A stretch of DNA of 64,000 nt from assembly GCA_963675525.2 (NCBI GenBank), contig CAXXSL010000016.1, positions 544,001 to 608,000 on the forward strand. Direction: 5' to 3'. The DNA comes from Anaerohalosphaeraceae bacterium (GTDB lineage Bacteria > Planctomycetota > Phycisphaerae > Sedimentisphaerales > Anaerohalosphaeraceae). How positions within the stretch are numbered: position 1 is the stretch's first letter; every line of letters starts with the position of its first letter. Shown here one piece after another: positions 26,943 through 37,047 of this stretch. A program made the translations under genes and the position numbers. A model generated the notes under the pieces. It was not told where the DNA came from. It worked only from the letters and a program-made list of their open reading frames with translations, and searched no databases.

Positions 26943-27239
26943 GTAATCGCTACCTCTTGCCGGTCTTCGAAATTTTCATCCTTATCGACCTCTTCTTTAT
27001 AACTTAAGTAACGCTGATGTATCGGTCAAATCAGATATCAAAACAAGCAAAACAGACGATCGGTTTATTCGCGGTTTGAGCAGCATATCTCTAAGCTTTT
27101 TTTTAACAGGCTGTTATGAAAACACCGCCCGATAATAACGTTGTTTCCAAAGAACGCGTTCTTTGGGGTAAAATCATAAACCTACTGAAAGGACCGATAA
27201 CGGAATTGGTTTCGGAGAGCTCGGGCTAAATGTAACCGA

Positions 27240-29138
27240 TTAGTTTTTTTGGGGAAGCGTACTGAGTATTTCACGGGCCTGTTCAGCAAAAATGTCGTCG
27301 GGATACTTATCGACAACTTCAAATTCACTTAATATTGTCCGGGTTTCAGTCAAAAGCCGCTGTTTAATTTCCTCGGATATCCCTGGTTCTTTCCACAGTT
27401 GTATTTTGACCAATGCCAGTTGGTAGAGTGCCCGAATTCCGCCATCGGTTTCCGGATAATTTTCAGCCAAATCAGCAAGCATTTGCTGACGCTGTTTGGC
27501 ATCTTCGATAAGCATGATTTTTTCCAAGCGGACATTATCTCGCAACGGACTATCCTGAGACATTTGCGTCAAAAGGACATCCAGGCGGGCGTCATATTCC
27601 ATACTGTGCGGATTCAGAATAACAAAGCCGGCCAACTGGCGTTTTGTTATCTCGCTGCTGCCTCGATTTTCTTCACGAATCAACCGCCGCAGACGTTTGA
27701 GACGAATTTCCAGGTCTCGCAGTTTAAACGAAGTCATGACTGTCTTAGCCGGCTCCTGAAAGACACTAAACACAGAATCTTTCTCAGCAGATGCCGATTC
27801 GACCAATGCCTGGTTGTTGAGATAGTCGCGAATCTTCAACAAGGCCACTTCGCATAATTCGTCCGCTTTTTCAAAGTTCTCTTTTCCGGCTTCGTGCATG
27901 GCAATTCGCCATCGCGCCTCAAACGATTCGGGGCTCTGGGGAAATTTATCATACAACTCCTGCCATATCAGGATATTATCATAAAATGGATAATCACTGT
28001 AAAACCGCAGTATCTCAGTCTTCCCAAAATATCGAATGTCGGGATGATATTCATTGAGTATTGCTTTGAAATATAACGCGATCGCCACTCGCTTGCTGTC
28101 TTTCCAGCGTTTCATGAAAATATCATACCGATTAATGAGCCAGCGGCGTTTGGCTTGATATTTCAGGTAGTCCGGCAACCGTTTTTGAAACCAATCCCAT
28201 TCGGGCCAGCGGTCATAAACCAGAAGGTTTTGTATCTCTTCCTTCAGCTTTTCACGCAGGAGAATGGGCTCGATCGGATAAAACCGGCCAACGAGAAAAC
28301 TGCGCAGTGCATCGTCCTTAATGATATTATCAATGGTTGGGGAAACATTGTTGTCATGAAACTCCACTGTATCTTCAGGGTTATTGCCGGCGACATTTCT
28401 CTGATAGTCCAACTCAGCAAACCCAATGTGCCTCTGGAAAACAGCGAAGGCAACCGCCAGCAGCACAAGGCTGAATATCCAGATCAGGCCGGGTTTATAG
28501 CGTGTGAAATGGCCGATGCCCAAAACCAGTGTGGCCATGAACAAACCGCTGAGCCATGCATAGATCCACGGCGCAAATGAAAACCCCCAGCGAACCGGGT
28601 CCACGGTGGCATAACCACCCCAGGCGGCCCAGTAAACAAGCTGTGGTGCCATGCACAGGGCAACGGATATAAACCGCGAACGAAAGCGCAGCGGCCGGCA
28701 TGCTACCGCAAGACAACTGAGGAATACAAACAGACTAAACAAATGCAATCCGGCGACCAGCAGGACCGCCAGAATCATCGGCACACTGTAGCGAAAACTG
28801 AGCAACTGTGACACCAGCACCGGAACGGTCGCGATCATCCCCATCAGTATCCCCAAGACGATAATATGCCAGGGGTACTCATAGATGCTGATGGGGCTGA
28901 CGGTAAAATGACCGAGCCGGAATGACAACGGATTGATCAGTTCCGTAAAGTCCAGCAAGGGCCTGTCAGACAACAGGGAATGCCAAAAGACACAGGTGAT
29001 GATGAAAAAGACGATACTCAGCATCCAACACCACAGAACGTCGGTGTGGCTGTAATGCAGCGTCGGGCCGGCCGTCATAAAAGACTTCGCCGGCGCAGGC
29101 GATGCCGCTGCTGCTTTGGGTTTATTGTCATCTGCCAT
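27240..29138 (-). CDS. Polytopic membrane protein with C-terminal TPR-like helical domain
   Basis: About 7 hydrophobic segments in the first 240 aa; helical repeats (KFPQSP..FEARWRIA, NYPETDGG..ALYQLA, KYPD..FAEQAR). Confidence 0.75.
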   Translation of the reverse strand: MADDNKPKAAAASPAPAKSFMTAGPTLHYSHTDVLWCWMLSIVFFIITCVFWHSLLSDRPLLDFTELINPLSFRLGHFTVSPISIYEYPWHIIVLGILMGMIATVPVLVSQLLSFRYSVPMILAVLLVAGLHLFSLFVFLSCLAVACRPLRFRSRFISVALCMAPQLVYWAAWGGYATVDPVRWGFSFAPWIYAWLSGLFMATLVLGIGHFTRYKPGLIWIFSLVLLAVAFAVFQRHIGFAELDYQRNVAGNNPEDTVEFHDNNVSPTIDNIIKDDALRSFLVGRFYPIEPILLREKLKEEIQNLLVYDRWPEWDWFQKRLPDYLKYQAKRRWLINRYDIFMKRWKDSKRVAIALYFKAILNEYHPDIRYFGKTEILRFYSDYPFYDNILIWQELYDKFPQSPESFEARWRIAMHEAGKENFEKADELCEVALLKIRDYLNNQALVESASAEKDSVFSVFQEPAKTVMTSFKLRDLEIRLKRLRRLIREENRGSSEITKRQLAGFVILNPHSMEYDARLDVLLTQMSQDSPLRDNVRLEKIMLIEDAKQRQQMLADLAENYPETDGGIRALYQLALVKIQLWKEPGISEEIKQRLLTETRTILSEFEVVDKYPDDIFAEQAREILSTLPQKN

Positions 29139-29387
29139 TTTCGGATCCCCTGCCAATGTTAAAAATCGGCGTTTTGTTTAGAATCCAACAGTTTGCATTC
29201 AACTCACGGGTCCGATAATCATCAAACCCGATAGATTAATACGGAATATTATACTGAGCCGGTTAAGCAGAAGAAAGAAAAATCTTGCCGCACTTAAACG
29301 CTTTTCTTTGTCTTGTTTTTCAATTTAAGATTGAAACCTACCGAAATATTGATTAGGATAAATAAAGGAATTTTTGGAGTTGTTACT

Positions 29388-29678
29388 ATGGTCGCAAACG
29401 TGTTTTTAAGAGAATATCGGAATTCGATTCTTTCCATCGCGCAAAGTCACGGCATGAGTCATGTGCGCGTATTCGGTTCCATGGCAAGAAATGTCGATAC
29501 CGATGACAGCGACATTGACCTGCTTGTAAAAATTGACCCCCAACGCTCGCTGCTGGATATTATCGACGCCAAACACCAAATCGAAGACCTGACCAATCGC
29601 CGTGTGGACATTGTCACGGAAGCGGCCCTGTCCCCTTACATGCAAACCGAAGTCCTTCAATCCGCCGTGGAACTATGA
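29388..29678 (+). CDS. Minimal nucleotidyltransferase (MNT/MntA-type antitoxin)
   Basis: VFGSMAR......SDIDLLV (GS-x10-DxD), VDIVT; ATG 29388. Confidence 0.9.
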   Translation: MVANVFLREYRNSILSIAQSHGMSHVRVFGSMARNVDTDDSDIDLLVKIDPQRSLLDIIDAKHQIEDLTNRRVDIVTEAALSPYMQTEVLQSAVEL

Positions 29679-29998
29679 ACCGAGATTTTGCTTACTTACA
29701 ACATATTCTGGATTGCATCCATAAGATTGAATCTTATGCGAAGGTCGGCAAAGATGTGTTTATGGAAACAGATCATTGGCAGGATGCGATTATCAGAAAT
29801 TTTGAGATTATCGGCGAAGCCGCAAAGCAACTAAGCGATGAATTCAAAGAAGTTAATTCCGAAATTCCCTGGCGAAATATCACCGGTTTTCGAGATGTGC
29901 TGATTCATGACTATATGGGCGTTGATTTAAATGCCGTCTGGCAAATCATCGAAAAAGAACTGCCGAAATTAAAGGCGGTCATTCTCAAAAATCTGTAG
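29675..29998 (+). CDS. HEPN/DUF86 RNase toxin (HepT-like)
   Basis: DAIIRNFEIIGEAAK, IPWR.I.GFRDVLIHDY (R-x4-H-x-Y); overlaps the MNT stop codon. Confidence 0.92.
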   Translation: MNRDFAYLQHILDCIHKIESYAKVGKDVFMETDHWQDAIIRNFEIIGEAAKQLSDEFKEVNSEIPWRNITGFRDVLIHDYMGVDLNAVWQIIEKELPKLKAVILKNL

Positions 29999-30012
29999 CA
30001 ATTTCTCAAACA

Positions 30013-30363
30013 TTATGAATATTCAATCAGCAACTTGATCCCCAAAACCAAAATAAACAATACAAAACATACGGGAAATGATAAGTAGCTGAGAATAATA
30101 TATTTAAAACCTTCGAGGACCCCATTGCTTCTATTGATTTGATTAATCGCTTTTATTGGTAAAAAAATATTTATAAGACATCCGACTGGAAGTAACAATG
30201 CAAGAAGATAATAATGAAAAAGTTCAGTATCCCAAGGCAATTGCTTTTGATACCATTCTGATTCCATCATAACCAAAGAAGCAAAAATTATACCCCAAAA
30301 CAGATAAACAATAACAAAAGAACATACTGCAAACCTTGAAGTTCTAATATCCTTCTTATCCAT
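30013..30363 (-). CDS. Hypothetical AT-rich membrane protein
   Basis: Three hydrophobic segments; low GC; directly downstream of the ATPase D gene. Confidence 0.6.
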   Translation of the reverse strand: MDKKDIRTSRFAVCSFVIVYLFWGIIFASLVMMESEWYQKQLPWDTELFHYYLLALLLPVGCLINIFLPIKAINQINRSNGVLEGFKYIILSYLSFPVCFVLFILVLGIKLLIEYS

Positions 30364-30405
30364 AGGATATATTATACCTAAACAATAATATCATTCCAAC
30401 AAATC

Positions 30406-31023
30406 TTATCCGCGGATGATGTCGGTGATTTTCATGAGGCGGCTGATGTTGTCGCGTTCGGCTTCGCCGAGTTTGCTGTTGATATACTTGATGGTGTCCT
30501 GCGTTTCGGGAATAACGACGTGTTCGAGCACATTCACGCGCCGGCGGGTGGACTGCAGTTCGGTTGCCAGCAATTGGCATTGTTTTTCTTTTTCGGCCAG
30601 TTCGATCAGGCTGTCGAAGGCGCGTTCCAGCGCCCGCAGTGAGACATCCATCTCACCGCTGGTGGTGGAAAAGCCGTAACACATGATATCGCCTTCGATC
30701 TCTTTGGCTAATTTGGGAACACGGACACTCATAATGCTGGCAAAGCTCATCACAAGTTTAAATTTTTTGGTGGGCACTTCCATCGCCGCGTTGATGTGTT
30801 CGGGCTCCATCGTCGCGCGGGCCATCATAAATCGGCGTGTGGTCTCCAGCAGTTCCTGCTCGACCTGCGTGCGAAGCCGCTTGAGGTCCCGGGCGATCTG
30901 CACCAACTGGCGGCAAATCTCATCACGCTTTTCACTGAGCAGGCGATGGCCGCGCAGTGCCAGCCCGACTCGCTTTCTCAGCGATAACAGTTCCATGCGT
31001 GTTGCATTAACGTTCTGAATCAT
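30406..31023 (-). CDS. atpD: V/A-type ATP synthase subunit D
   Basis: NATRMELL.LRKR...A.RGH.LL.EKRD; TRRRVNVLEHVVIP. Confidence 0.95.
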   Translation of the reverse strand: MIQNVNATRMELLSLRKRVGLALRGHRLLSEKRDEICRQLVQIARDLKRLRTQVEQELLETTRRFMMARATMEPEHINAAMEVPTKKFKLVMSFASIMSVRVPKLAKEIEGDIMCYGFSTTSGEMDVSLRALERAFDSLIELAEKEKQCQLLATELQSTRRRVNVLEHVVIPETQDTIKYINSKLGEAERDNISRLMKITDIIRG

Positions 31024-31055
31024 AAAAACCTTGTATCAAATATTAATTTGATCTT

Positions 31056-32438
31056 TTACTTCTTTCTAAACTGCGGCATGTATTTGTCGATCAGTTCCTT
31101 ATCGATCCGTTTGAGTTCCACATCGTCGAACATGCTGAGCAATTCCCAGCCCAGATCGAGTGTCTCGATCACATCGCGATTTTCATAGTAGCCCTGCGAG
31201 ATGTAACGGCCTTCAAACGCATTGGCAAATTTCATATACTTCTGATCTTCCGGCGACAGGGCCGCTTCACCAAGAATGGTCGCCAGTTCCTGAGCTTCTT
31301 TGCCGCGGGCATAGCCGGCATACAACTGGTTATACAGCGACGCGTGGTCTTCGCGGGTCTTGTCCGGGCCGATACCCTTGTCTTTGAGACGTGACAGCGA
31401 GGGCAGCACGTCCACCGGCGGTGCAATTCCTTTACGATGCAGCGACCGGCTCATGATAATCTGTCCCTCGGTGATATAACCGGTCAAGTCCGGCACCGGG
31501 TGCGTCTTATCGTCTTCGGGCATGGTCAGCACGGGCACCATCGTGATGGAACCTTTTTTGCCTTTGATACGGCCGGCACGTTCGTAAATGGTCGCCAGGT
31601 CGGTATAGAGATAGCCGGGGAACCCGCGACGACCGGGCACTTCCTTGCGGGCGGCGGAAATCTCACGCAACGCCTCGCAATAGTTTGTCATGTCGTTGAG
31701 AATCACCAAGACGTGCATGTCTTCTTCGAAGGCCAGGTACTCGGCGGCGGTCAGTGCCACACGCGGCGTGGCGATACGCTCAATGGCCGGGTCGTTGGCC
31801 AGATTGATAAACAGTACCGCACGCTCGATGGCACCGGTGTTGGTCAGGTCGTTAATGAAAAACTGGGCCGCTTCGAACGTAATTCCCATCGCGGCAAAGA
31901 CCACGGCGAACGATTCACCTTTTCCGCGAACGGCCGACTGGCGGGCCAACTGGGCGGTGATTTCGTCGTGCGGCAAACCCGAACCGGAGAAAATCGGCAG
32001 CTTTTGACCACGCACCAGTGGGTTGAGGCCGTCAATGGTGCTGATACCGGTCTGGATAAATTCGTTCGGATAATCCCGTGCATAGGGATTAATCGGGTTT
32101 CCGTTAATGTTCAGCCGCATCTTGGGCAATATCTCGGGACCGTTGTCTTTGGGAACGCCCGTTCCGGTAAACACGCGGCCGAGAATATCCGGCGAGACAG
32201 CCAGTTCCATGGGCTTGCCCAGAAAACGAACCGTTGTGCCGGCAACGTCGATGCCTTCGGTGCCTTCGAAAACCTGCACAAGGACCTTGTCGCCTTCGAT
32301 CTGCAGGATCTGGCCGTGGCGCAGGGAACCGTCGGTCAGTTCGATATCCACGATGTGGCCGTACTTGGCGTTGTCCACGCCTTCCACCATCATCAGGGGA
32401 CCGGATATTTCGGAAACCGTTTTATATTCTTTCAGCAT
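31056..32438 (-). CDS. atpB: V/A-type ATP synthase subunit B
   Basis: IQTGISTID...[50 protein letters not shown]. Confidence 0.97.
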   Translation of the reverse strand: MLKEYKTVSEISGPLMMVEGVDNAKYGHIVDIELTDGSLRHGQILQIEGDKVLVQVFEGTEGIDVAGTTVRFLGKPMELAVSPDILGRVFTGTGVPKDNGPEILPKMRLNINGNPINPYARDYPNEFIQTGISTIDGLNPLVRGQKLPIFSGSGLPHDEITAQLARQSAVRGKGESFAVVFAAMGITFEAAQFFINDLTNTGAIERAVLFINLANDPAIERIATPRVALTAAEYLAFEEDMHVLVILNDMTNYCEALREISAARKEVPGRRGFPGYLYTDLATIYERAGRIKGKKGSITMVPVLTMPEDDKTHPVPDLTGYITEGQIIMSRSLHRKGIAPPVDVLPSLSRLKDKGIGPDKTREDHASLYNQLYAGYARGKEAQELATILGEAALSPEDQKYMKFANAFEGRYISQGYYENRDVIETLDLGWELLSMFDDVELKRIDKELIDKYMPQFRKK

Positions 32439-32517
32439 TTCATACTCCCGTTTTCGCTCTCTCGCAAAATCGTTTTAAAAATACGTATCGTGTCGCTTGC
32501 GCTGGCACGCTTTTGTT

Positions 32518-34296
32518 TTATTCGGTTACCGCCGCGTACAGGTTTTTGACCTGCTCATCGACCTTATCGGCGATGGCGGCAACCTCTTCGACCTTTTCAT
32601 TTTCAATATACTTACAGCGGGCGATATCCTCACGCACCGGTAAAGCAAAGATCTCACTGGTATCGATGCCGTTTTCAATCGCATCCAAACCGGCCTGATG
32701 GAAATGCAGGATCAGTTTGATCATTGCATACTGCTTATCCAGCGGGGTAAAGGTATCGACCTTATGGAACGCGTTCTGGTGCAGGAAGTCTTCTCGGATG
32801 CTCTTGGACGTTTCCAGCGTCATACGGTCCTGGGCACTGATGGATTCGGCACCGACCAGACGCACGATCTCGACCAACTGCGATTCCTGCTCCAGCAGGA
32901 TCATCGCCTGCTGCATCATCGCGGCAAATTCGTCGCCCGTCTGTTTGTCTTCGAAGCAGCCGGGAAGATGTTGTTTGTAGAACGAGTAACTGGTCAGCCA
33001 GTCGATGGCCGGGAAGTGACGCTGTTGGGCCAGTCTGGCCTGTAATGACCAGAACACCTTCACCACGTGCAACGTTGCCTGGACAACCGTATCGGACAGG
33101 TCGCCGCCGGGCGGACTGACGGCACCGATGATCGAAAGCGCTCCTTCGCGTTCGGGAGAACCGGCACAAACAACACGGCCGGCACGTTCATAGAACGATG
33201 CGATGCGGGCACCCAGATATGCAGGGTAGCCTTCTTCGGCCGGCATTTCTTCCAGACGGGTTGAAATTTCACGCATGGCTTCGGCCCATCGGCTGGTACT
33301 GTCGGCCATCAACGCCACCGAGCAGCCCATATCGCGATAGTATTCGGCAATCGTAATACCCGTATAAACAGACGCCTCACGCGCGGCCACCGGCATATCG
33401 GAGGTATTGGCGATCAGCACGACGCGTTTCATCAGCGGTTCGCCGGAATGCGGGTCGATCAGTTCGGGGAATTCCATCAGTACGTCAGTCATTTCGTTGC
33501 CTCGTTCGCCACAGCCGACATAGACCACCACATCGGCATCCACCCACTTGGCCAACTGGTGCTGAACGACGGTTTTTCCGGTGCCGAACGGGCCGGGAAC
33601 ACAGGCGGTTCCGCCGCGGGCAATCGGGAAGAAGGCATCGACCACGCGCTGACCGGTTACCAGTATCTGATTCGGATTCAACCGCTCTTTGCCCAGACGC
33701 GGACGGCGCACCGGCCATTTTTGCATCAGTTTGATCTCTGTTTTTTGACCATCGGCAGTTGTTATGGTACCGACAACCTCATCGACCGTATAGTCGGCCT
33801 CTTTGAGGCCGTCAACTTTGCCGGCCGCTCCAAACGGAACCATGATCTTGTGGTTCACCAGCGAGGATTCTTTAACCTCACCGAGGATATCGCCCGCAAC
33901 CACCTCGCTGCCGTTTTCAATCACGGGCTTGAAGTGCCACTTCGTGTCGCGTTTGAGGCCGGGGATGGCGCTGCCGCGTTTAATGTAACTGCCCTGTGCC
34001 TCGACCAACTGGTCCAGCGGACGCTGAATGCCGTCGTAAATACTGGAGATTAAGCCCGGGCCTAATTCCACACTCAACGGTGCGCCGGTGTTGACGACTT
34101 CTTCACCCGGACCGATGCCGACCGTATCCTCATAGACCTGGATACTGGCCTTTTCGCCGTGCAATTCCACAATTTCGCCGATCAGGTTTTCTGCACCAAC
34201 ACGAACCACATCGTACATGCGGGCGCCGATCATGCCATCGGCCACAACCACCGGACCTGCCACTTTAATGATTTTTCCGTTTTTCAATTCTGTCAT
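32518..34296 (-). CDS. atpA: V/A-type ATP synthase subunit A
   Basis: P-loop GPFGTGKT, GCGERGNEM, NTSDMPVAAREAS, DSTSRWAEA, EEGYPAYL; start ATG 34296. Confidence 0.97.
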   Translation of the reverse strand: MTELKNGKIIKVAGPVVVADGMIGARMYDVVRVGAENLIGEIVELHGEKASIQVYEDTVGIGPGEEVVNTGAPLSVELGPGLISSIYDGIQRPLDQLVEAQGSYIKRGSAIPGLKRDTKWHFKPVIENGSEVVAGDILGEVKESSLVNHKIMVPFGAAGKVDGLKEADYTVDEVVGTITTADGQKTEIKLMQKWPVRRPRLGKERLNPNQILVTGQRVVDAFFPIARGGTACVPGPFGTGKTVVQHQLAKWVDADVVVYVGCGERGNEMTDVLMEFPELIDPHSGEPLMKRVVLIANTSDMPVAAREASVYTGITIAEYYRDMGCSVALMADSTSRWAEAMREISTRLEEMPAEEGYPAYLGARIASFYERAGRVVCAGSPEREGALSIIGAVSPPGGDLSDTVVQATLHVVKVFWSLQARLAQQRHFPAIDWLTSYSFYKQHLPGCFEDKQTGDEFAAMMQQAMILLEQESQLVEIVRLVGAESISAQDRMTLETSKSIREDFLHQNAFHKVDTFTPLDKQYAMIKLILHFHQAGLDAIENGIDTSEIFALPVREDIARCKYIENEKVEEVAAIADKVDEQVKNLYAAVTE

Positions 34297-34336
34297 CGCA
34301 AAACCTTTTATTTTTAAATTACTTGTTTTACGTTTA

Positions 34337-34657
34337 TTAATTCGCCAATACGTCAATCCCGGTCGCCAGCCGCAACATGCGGCTCAACGATTCGGTCGCC
34401 ACACCGGAGGGTTCTGTCGTAAACGGCACCACCACCACACACGGGGTCGCGTTTTTTTCAGTTGTATCAAATACTATCCGCGCCGAACGGGCAATATTTT
34501 CTGCCACGACAACCAGCGCATATTTCTGTTTTAAAATGGAGGCGGCTTTTTCCTGAACCTGTGCCGCATCGGGCTCGGTCGAGAACGTATCCAGCCCCAA
34601 CGCCGAAAAAGGCATCACGAAATCGGCACTGCCTAAAACCGCCACTTTACCTTCCAT
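34337..34657 (-). CDS. atpF: V/A-type ATP synthase subunit F
   Basis: KVAVLGS.DFV..F.ALG...ATGID; operon position. Confidence 0.9.
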   Translation of the reverse strand: MEGKVAVLGSADFVMPFSALGLDTFSTEPDAAQVQEKAASILKQKYALVVVAENIARSARIVFDTTEKNATPCVVVVPFTTEPSGVATESLSRMLRLATGIDVLAN

Positions 34658-34717
34658 TTCTTGTCCTTATTTTACATTAAATATTTTACATTCACATCTG
34701 GGCATCGCCCGTTTATG

Positions 34718-35752
34718 CTACATCCATTCGGCAAGACGGTCTAGTATAAGCTTGGCCCCCAGACCGTTCTTTTTGCCGTTTAAAACCATTCGAACATTGC
34801 GGATCTCAGCTTCTTTCATTAAAAAGTATGCCACCACCGGCTGCGGGCCGGCCGCAATGCTGCGGGTCGTCTTTAAAAAACCCTTGACGAAATCTTCGCA
34901 TTCCTTTTCCAGTTTTAAAAATGATTGCTCATTGCGAAGATACGGGATGGCCGCTTCCATCAGTTCGAAATACGGCGTCGCGTAAAATAACTGGCTGATC
35001 GCTTCATAACCGGCTTCCAATCCCTGCAGAAATTTACTGATATCCACAAAACCGTCGGGCAAAAAGAAACCGGTTTCCTCTTCGCGTCCAGCCATCTTCA
35101 ACCGGAACATCGTACGAATATTCGCCAGATCGATCCGGACTCGAACCAGCGACAAAATAAACGTCAGCTTATGCTGGGCGGCCTGCCTGACCCGCCATGC
35201 GGCCTCCTGGCGGTCGATCTGGTAATCAATCTGGCGGATGTCCTTGTGTTCATAGTAGCCCAGCACCGCCGCTTCGACCGCATCCTGCAGGTAATCCGGA
35301 AAACGCTCATAGTTTTCCTGTTCGAATATTTCTTCAAACTCGTCAGCGGGGACATTGCCCTCGTTGCTGTAATCCAATCCCAGCGGCTTTTCGGTAACCA
35401 TTCGCCGAATCGCCAATCGCATATTGGTGAAATCCTCACGGGCCCGCAGGAATTCCGCAATCTCGGTATCCAGCATCAGTTCGGTAAACAGTTGCCGTAC
35501 CCGGGTTCGGCATTCGGCCAGCATCCGTTCGATGTCAGCCGAGTCAGCTTTAGCGTCCACCGTGTAATCCGTACCGGCCAGCAGATCGGCTGCTTCGGCG
35601 AATGATCCGGCATTGGCCATGTCCACCAAGGTACCGCGCGGGATCATCGACAGTTCCAGCACCCGCACCTTGGCCGTCTGATAGGCATAGGCCCAATCCT
35701 CGTCGCCAATCGGTGGATACCGGTAAAAACTAATTTCGTTTTGCATGACCAT
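34718..35752 (-). CDS. atpC: V/A-type ATP synthase subunit C (d)
   Basis: YAY..AKVRVLE, RIDLANIRT..R.K, GPQPVVAYFL.KE.EIRNVR; start about 35752. Confidence 0.9.
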   Translation of the reverse strand: MVMQNEISFYRYPPIGDEDWAYAYQTAKVRVLELSMIPRGTLVDMANAGSFAEAADLLAGTDYTVDAKADSADIERMLAECRTRVRQLFTELMLDTEIAEFLRAREDFTNMRLAIRRMVTEKPLGLDYSNEGNVPADEFEEIFEQENYERFPDYLQDAVEAAVLGYYEHKDIRQIDYQIDRQEAAWRVRQAAQHKLTFILSLVRVRIDLANIRTMFRLKMAGREEETGFFLPDGFVDISKFLQGLEAGYEAISQLFYATPYFELMEAAIPYLRNEQSFLKLEKECEDFVKGFLKTTRSIAAGPQPVVAYFLMKEAEIRNVRMVLNGKKNGLGAKLILDRLAEWM

Positions 35753-35786
35753 TGTCAATGTCGTTTCCTGTATACTATAACCACCG

Positions 35787-35865
35787 TTTACCATGAAGCA
35801 CTTGAAGGACATGAAGTTTTTTATATTTATTTTTCCTTCATGCTCTTCGTGATCTTCATGGTAAA
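35787..35865. repeat. Inverted 9-mer-periodic repeat (MITE/REP-like hairpin) inside the ATPase operon
   Basis: TTTACCATGAAGCACTTGAAGGACATGAAG...CTTCATGCTCTTCGTGATCTTCATGGTAAA; related half-copy at 13591-13613. Confidence 0.7.
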
Positions 35866-35872
35866 AATTCCA

Positions 35873-36460
35873 TTAAAATAATTCGTTTGCCAGTTCGACC
35901 TGCATGGATTCACGAAGCCTCTCGATCAGAACATCGGTGGAGGCATTGATCCGGACTTTGCCTCGGGACAGGATAAAACCGCCCGCAATATCGGCACGTT
36001 GACCGGCCAGACGCAGGTTGCCCTTGAAACCGGCACCCAATTCCCGATTGATGCTCTTGATAAACGCCTCGTTGATGCGCGTTTCGTTTTTGCCGATTAT
36101 GACTTCCTCGTCGCCGGTTTCGACCGCCTTCTTCATCATCACTGTCATGAGCTTGAGATACTGCTCATCGGACAATTGATTAACGGCCTTCTTGGCCCGG
36201 TCAAAGACCTCATTGAGGTTTGCGACCTTGGCCGAGAGGACTTTTTTGGCATTGCTCATGCGGGCGCCCGCCAGCATTCGCTGAAGCTTGTCTTCGGCGG
36301 CATCTTTGGCCATCGTTTCCGTTTTCTTATCAAACTCTGCAAGCTCGGTTTCGAGTTGAGCGGTCTGTGCGGCGGCTTTCTCTTTTGCCTCGCTCACAAT
36401 CGCCTCGGCCTCGGCCTTCGCCTGGGAGAGTATCTTTTCGACTACCTGTTCAGCATTCAT
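35873..36460 (-). CDS. atpE: V/A-type ATP synthase subunit E
   Basis: N-terminal coiled coil (IL.QA..EA..I..EA), IAGGFIL.RG.V.IN.S; operon position. Confidence 0.9.
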   Translation of the reverse strand: MNAEQVVEKILSQAKAEAEAIVSEAKEKAAAQTAQLETELAEFDKKTETMAKDAAEDKLQRMLAGARMSNAKKVLSAKVANLNEVFDRAKKAVNQLSDEQYLKLMTVMMKKAVETGDEEVIIGKNETRINEAFIKSINRELGAGFKGNLRLAGQRADIAGGFILSRGKVRINASTDVLIERLRESMQVELANELF

Positions 36461-36502
36461 TGGTCATATCCAATTAAAAGGGACAGCTTTCGGTCATTCG
36501 CA

Positions 36503-37030
<528 letters not shown>

Positions 37031-37047
37031 TTATTGAACAGTTTATG

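Noticed and set aside
31437..32549. 370-aa plus-strand ORF
   Set aside because: Antisense shadow of ATPase subunit B.
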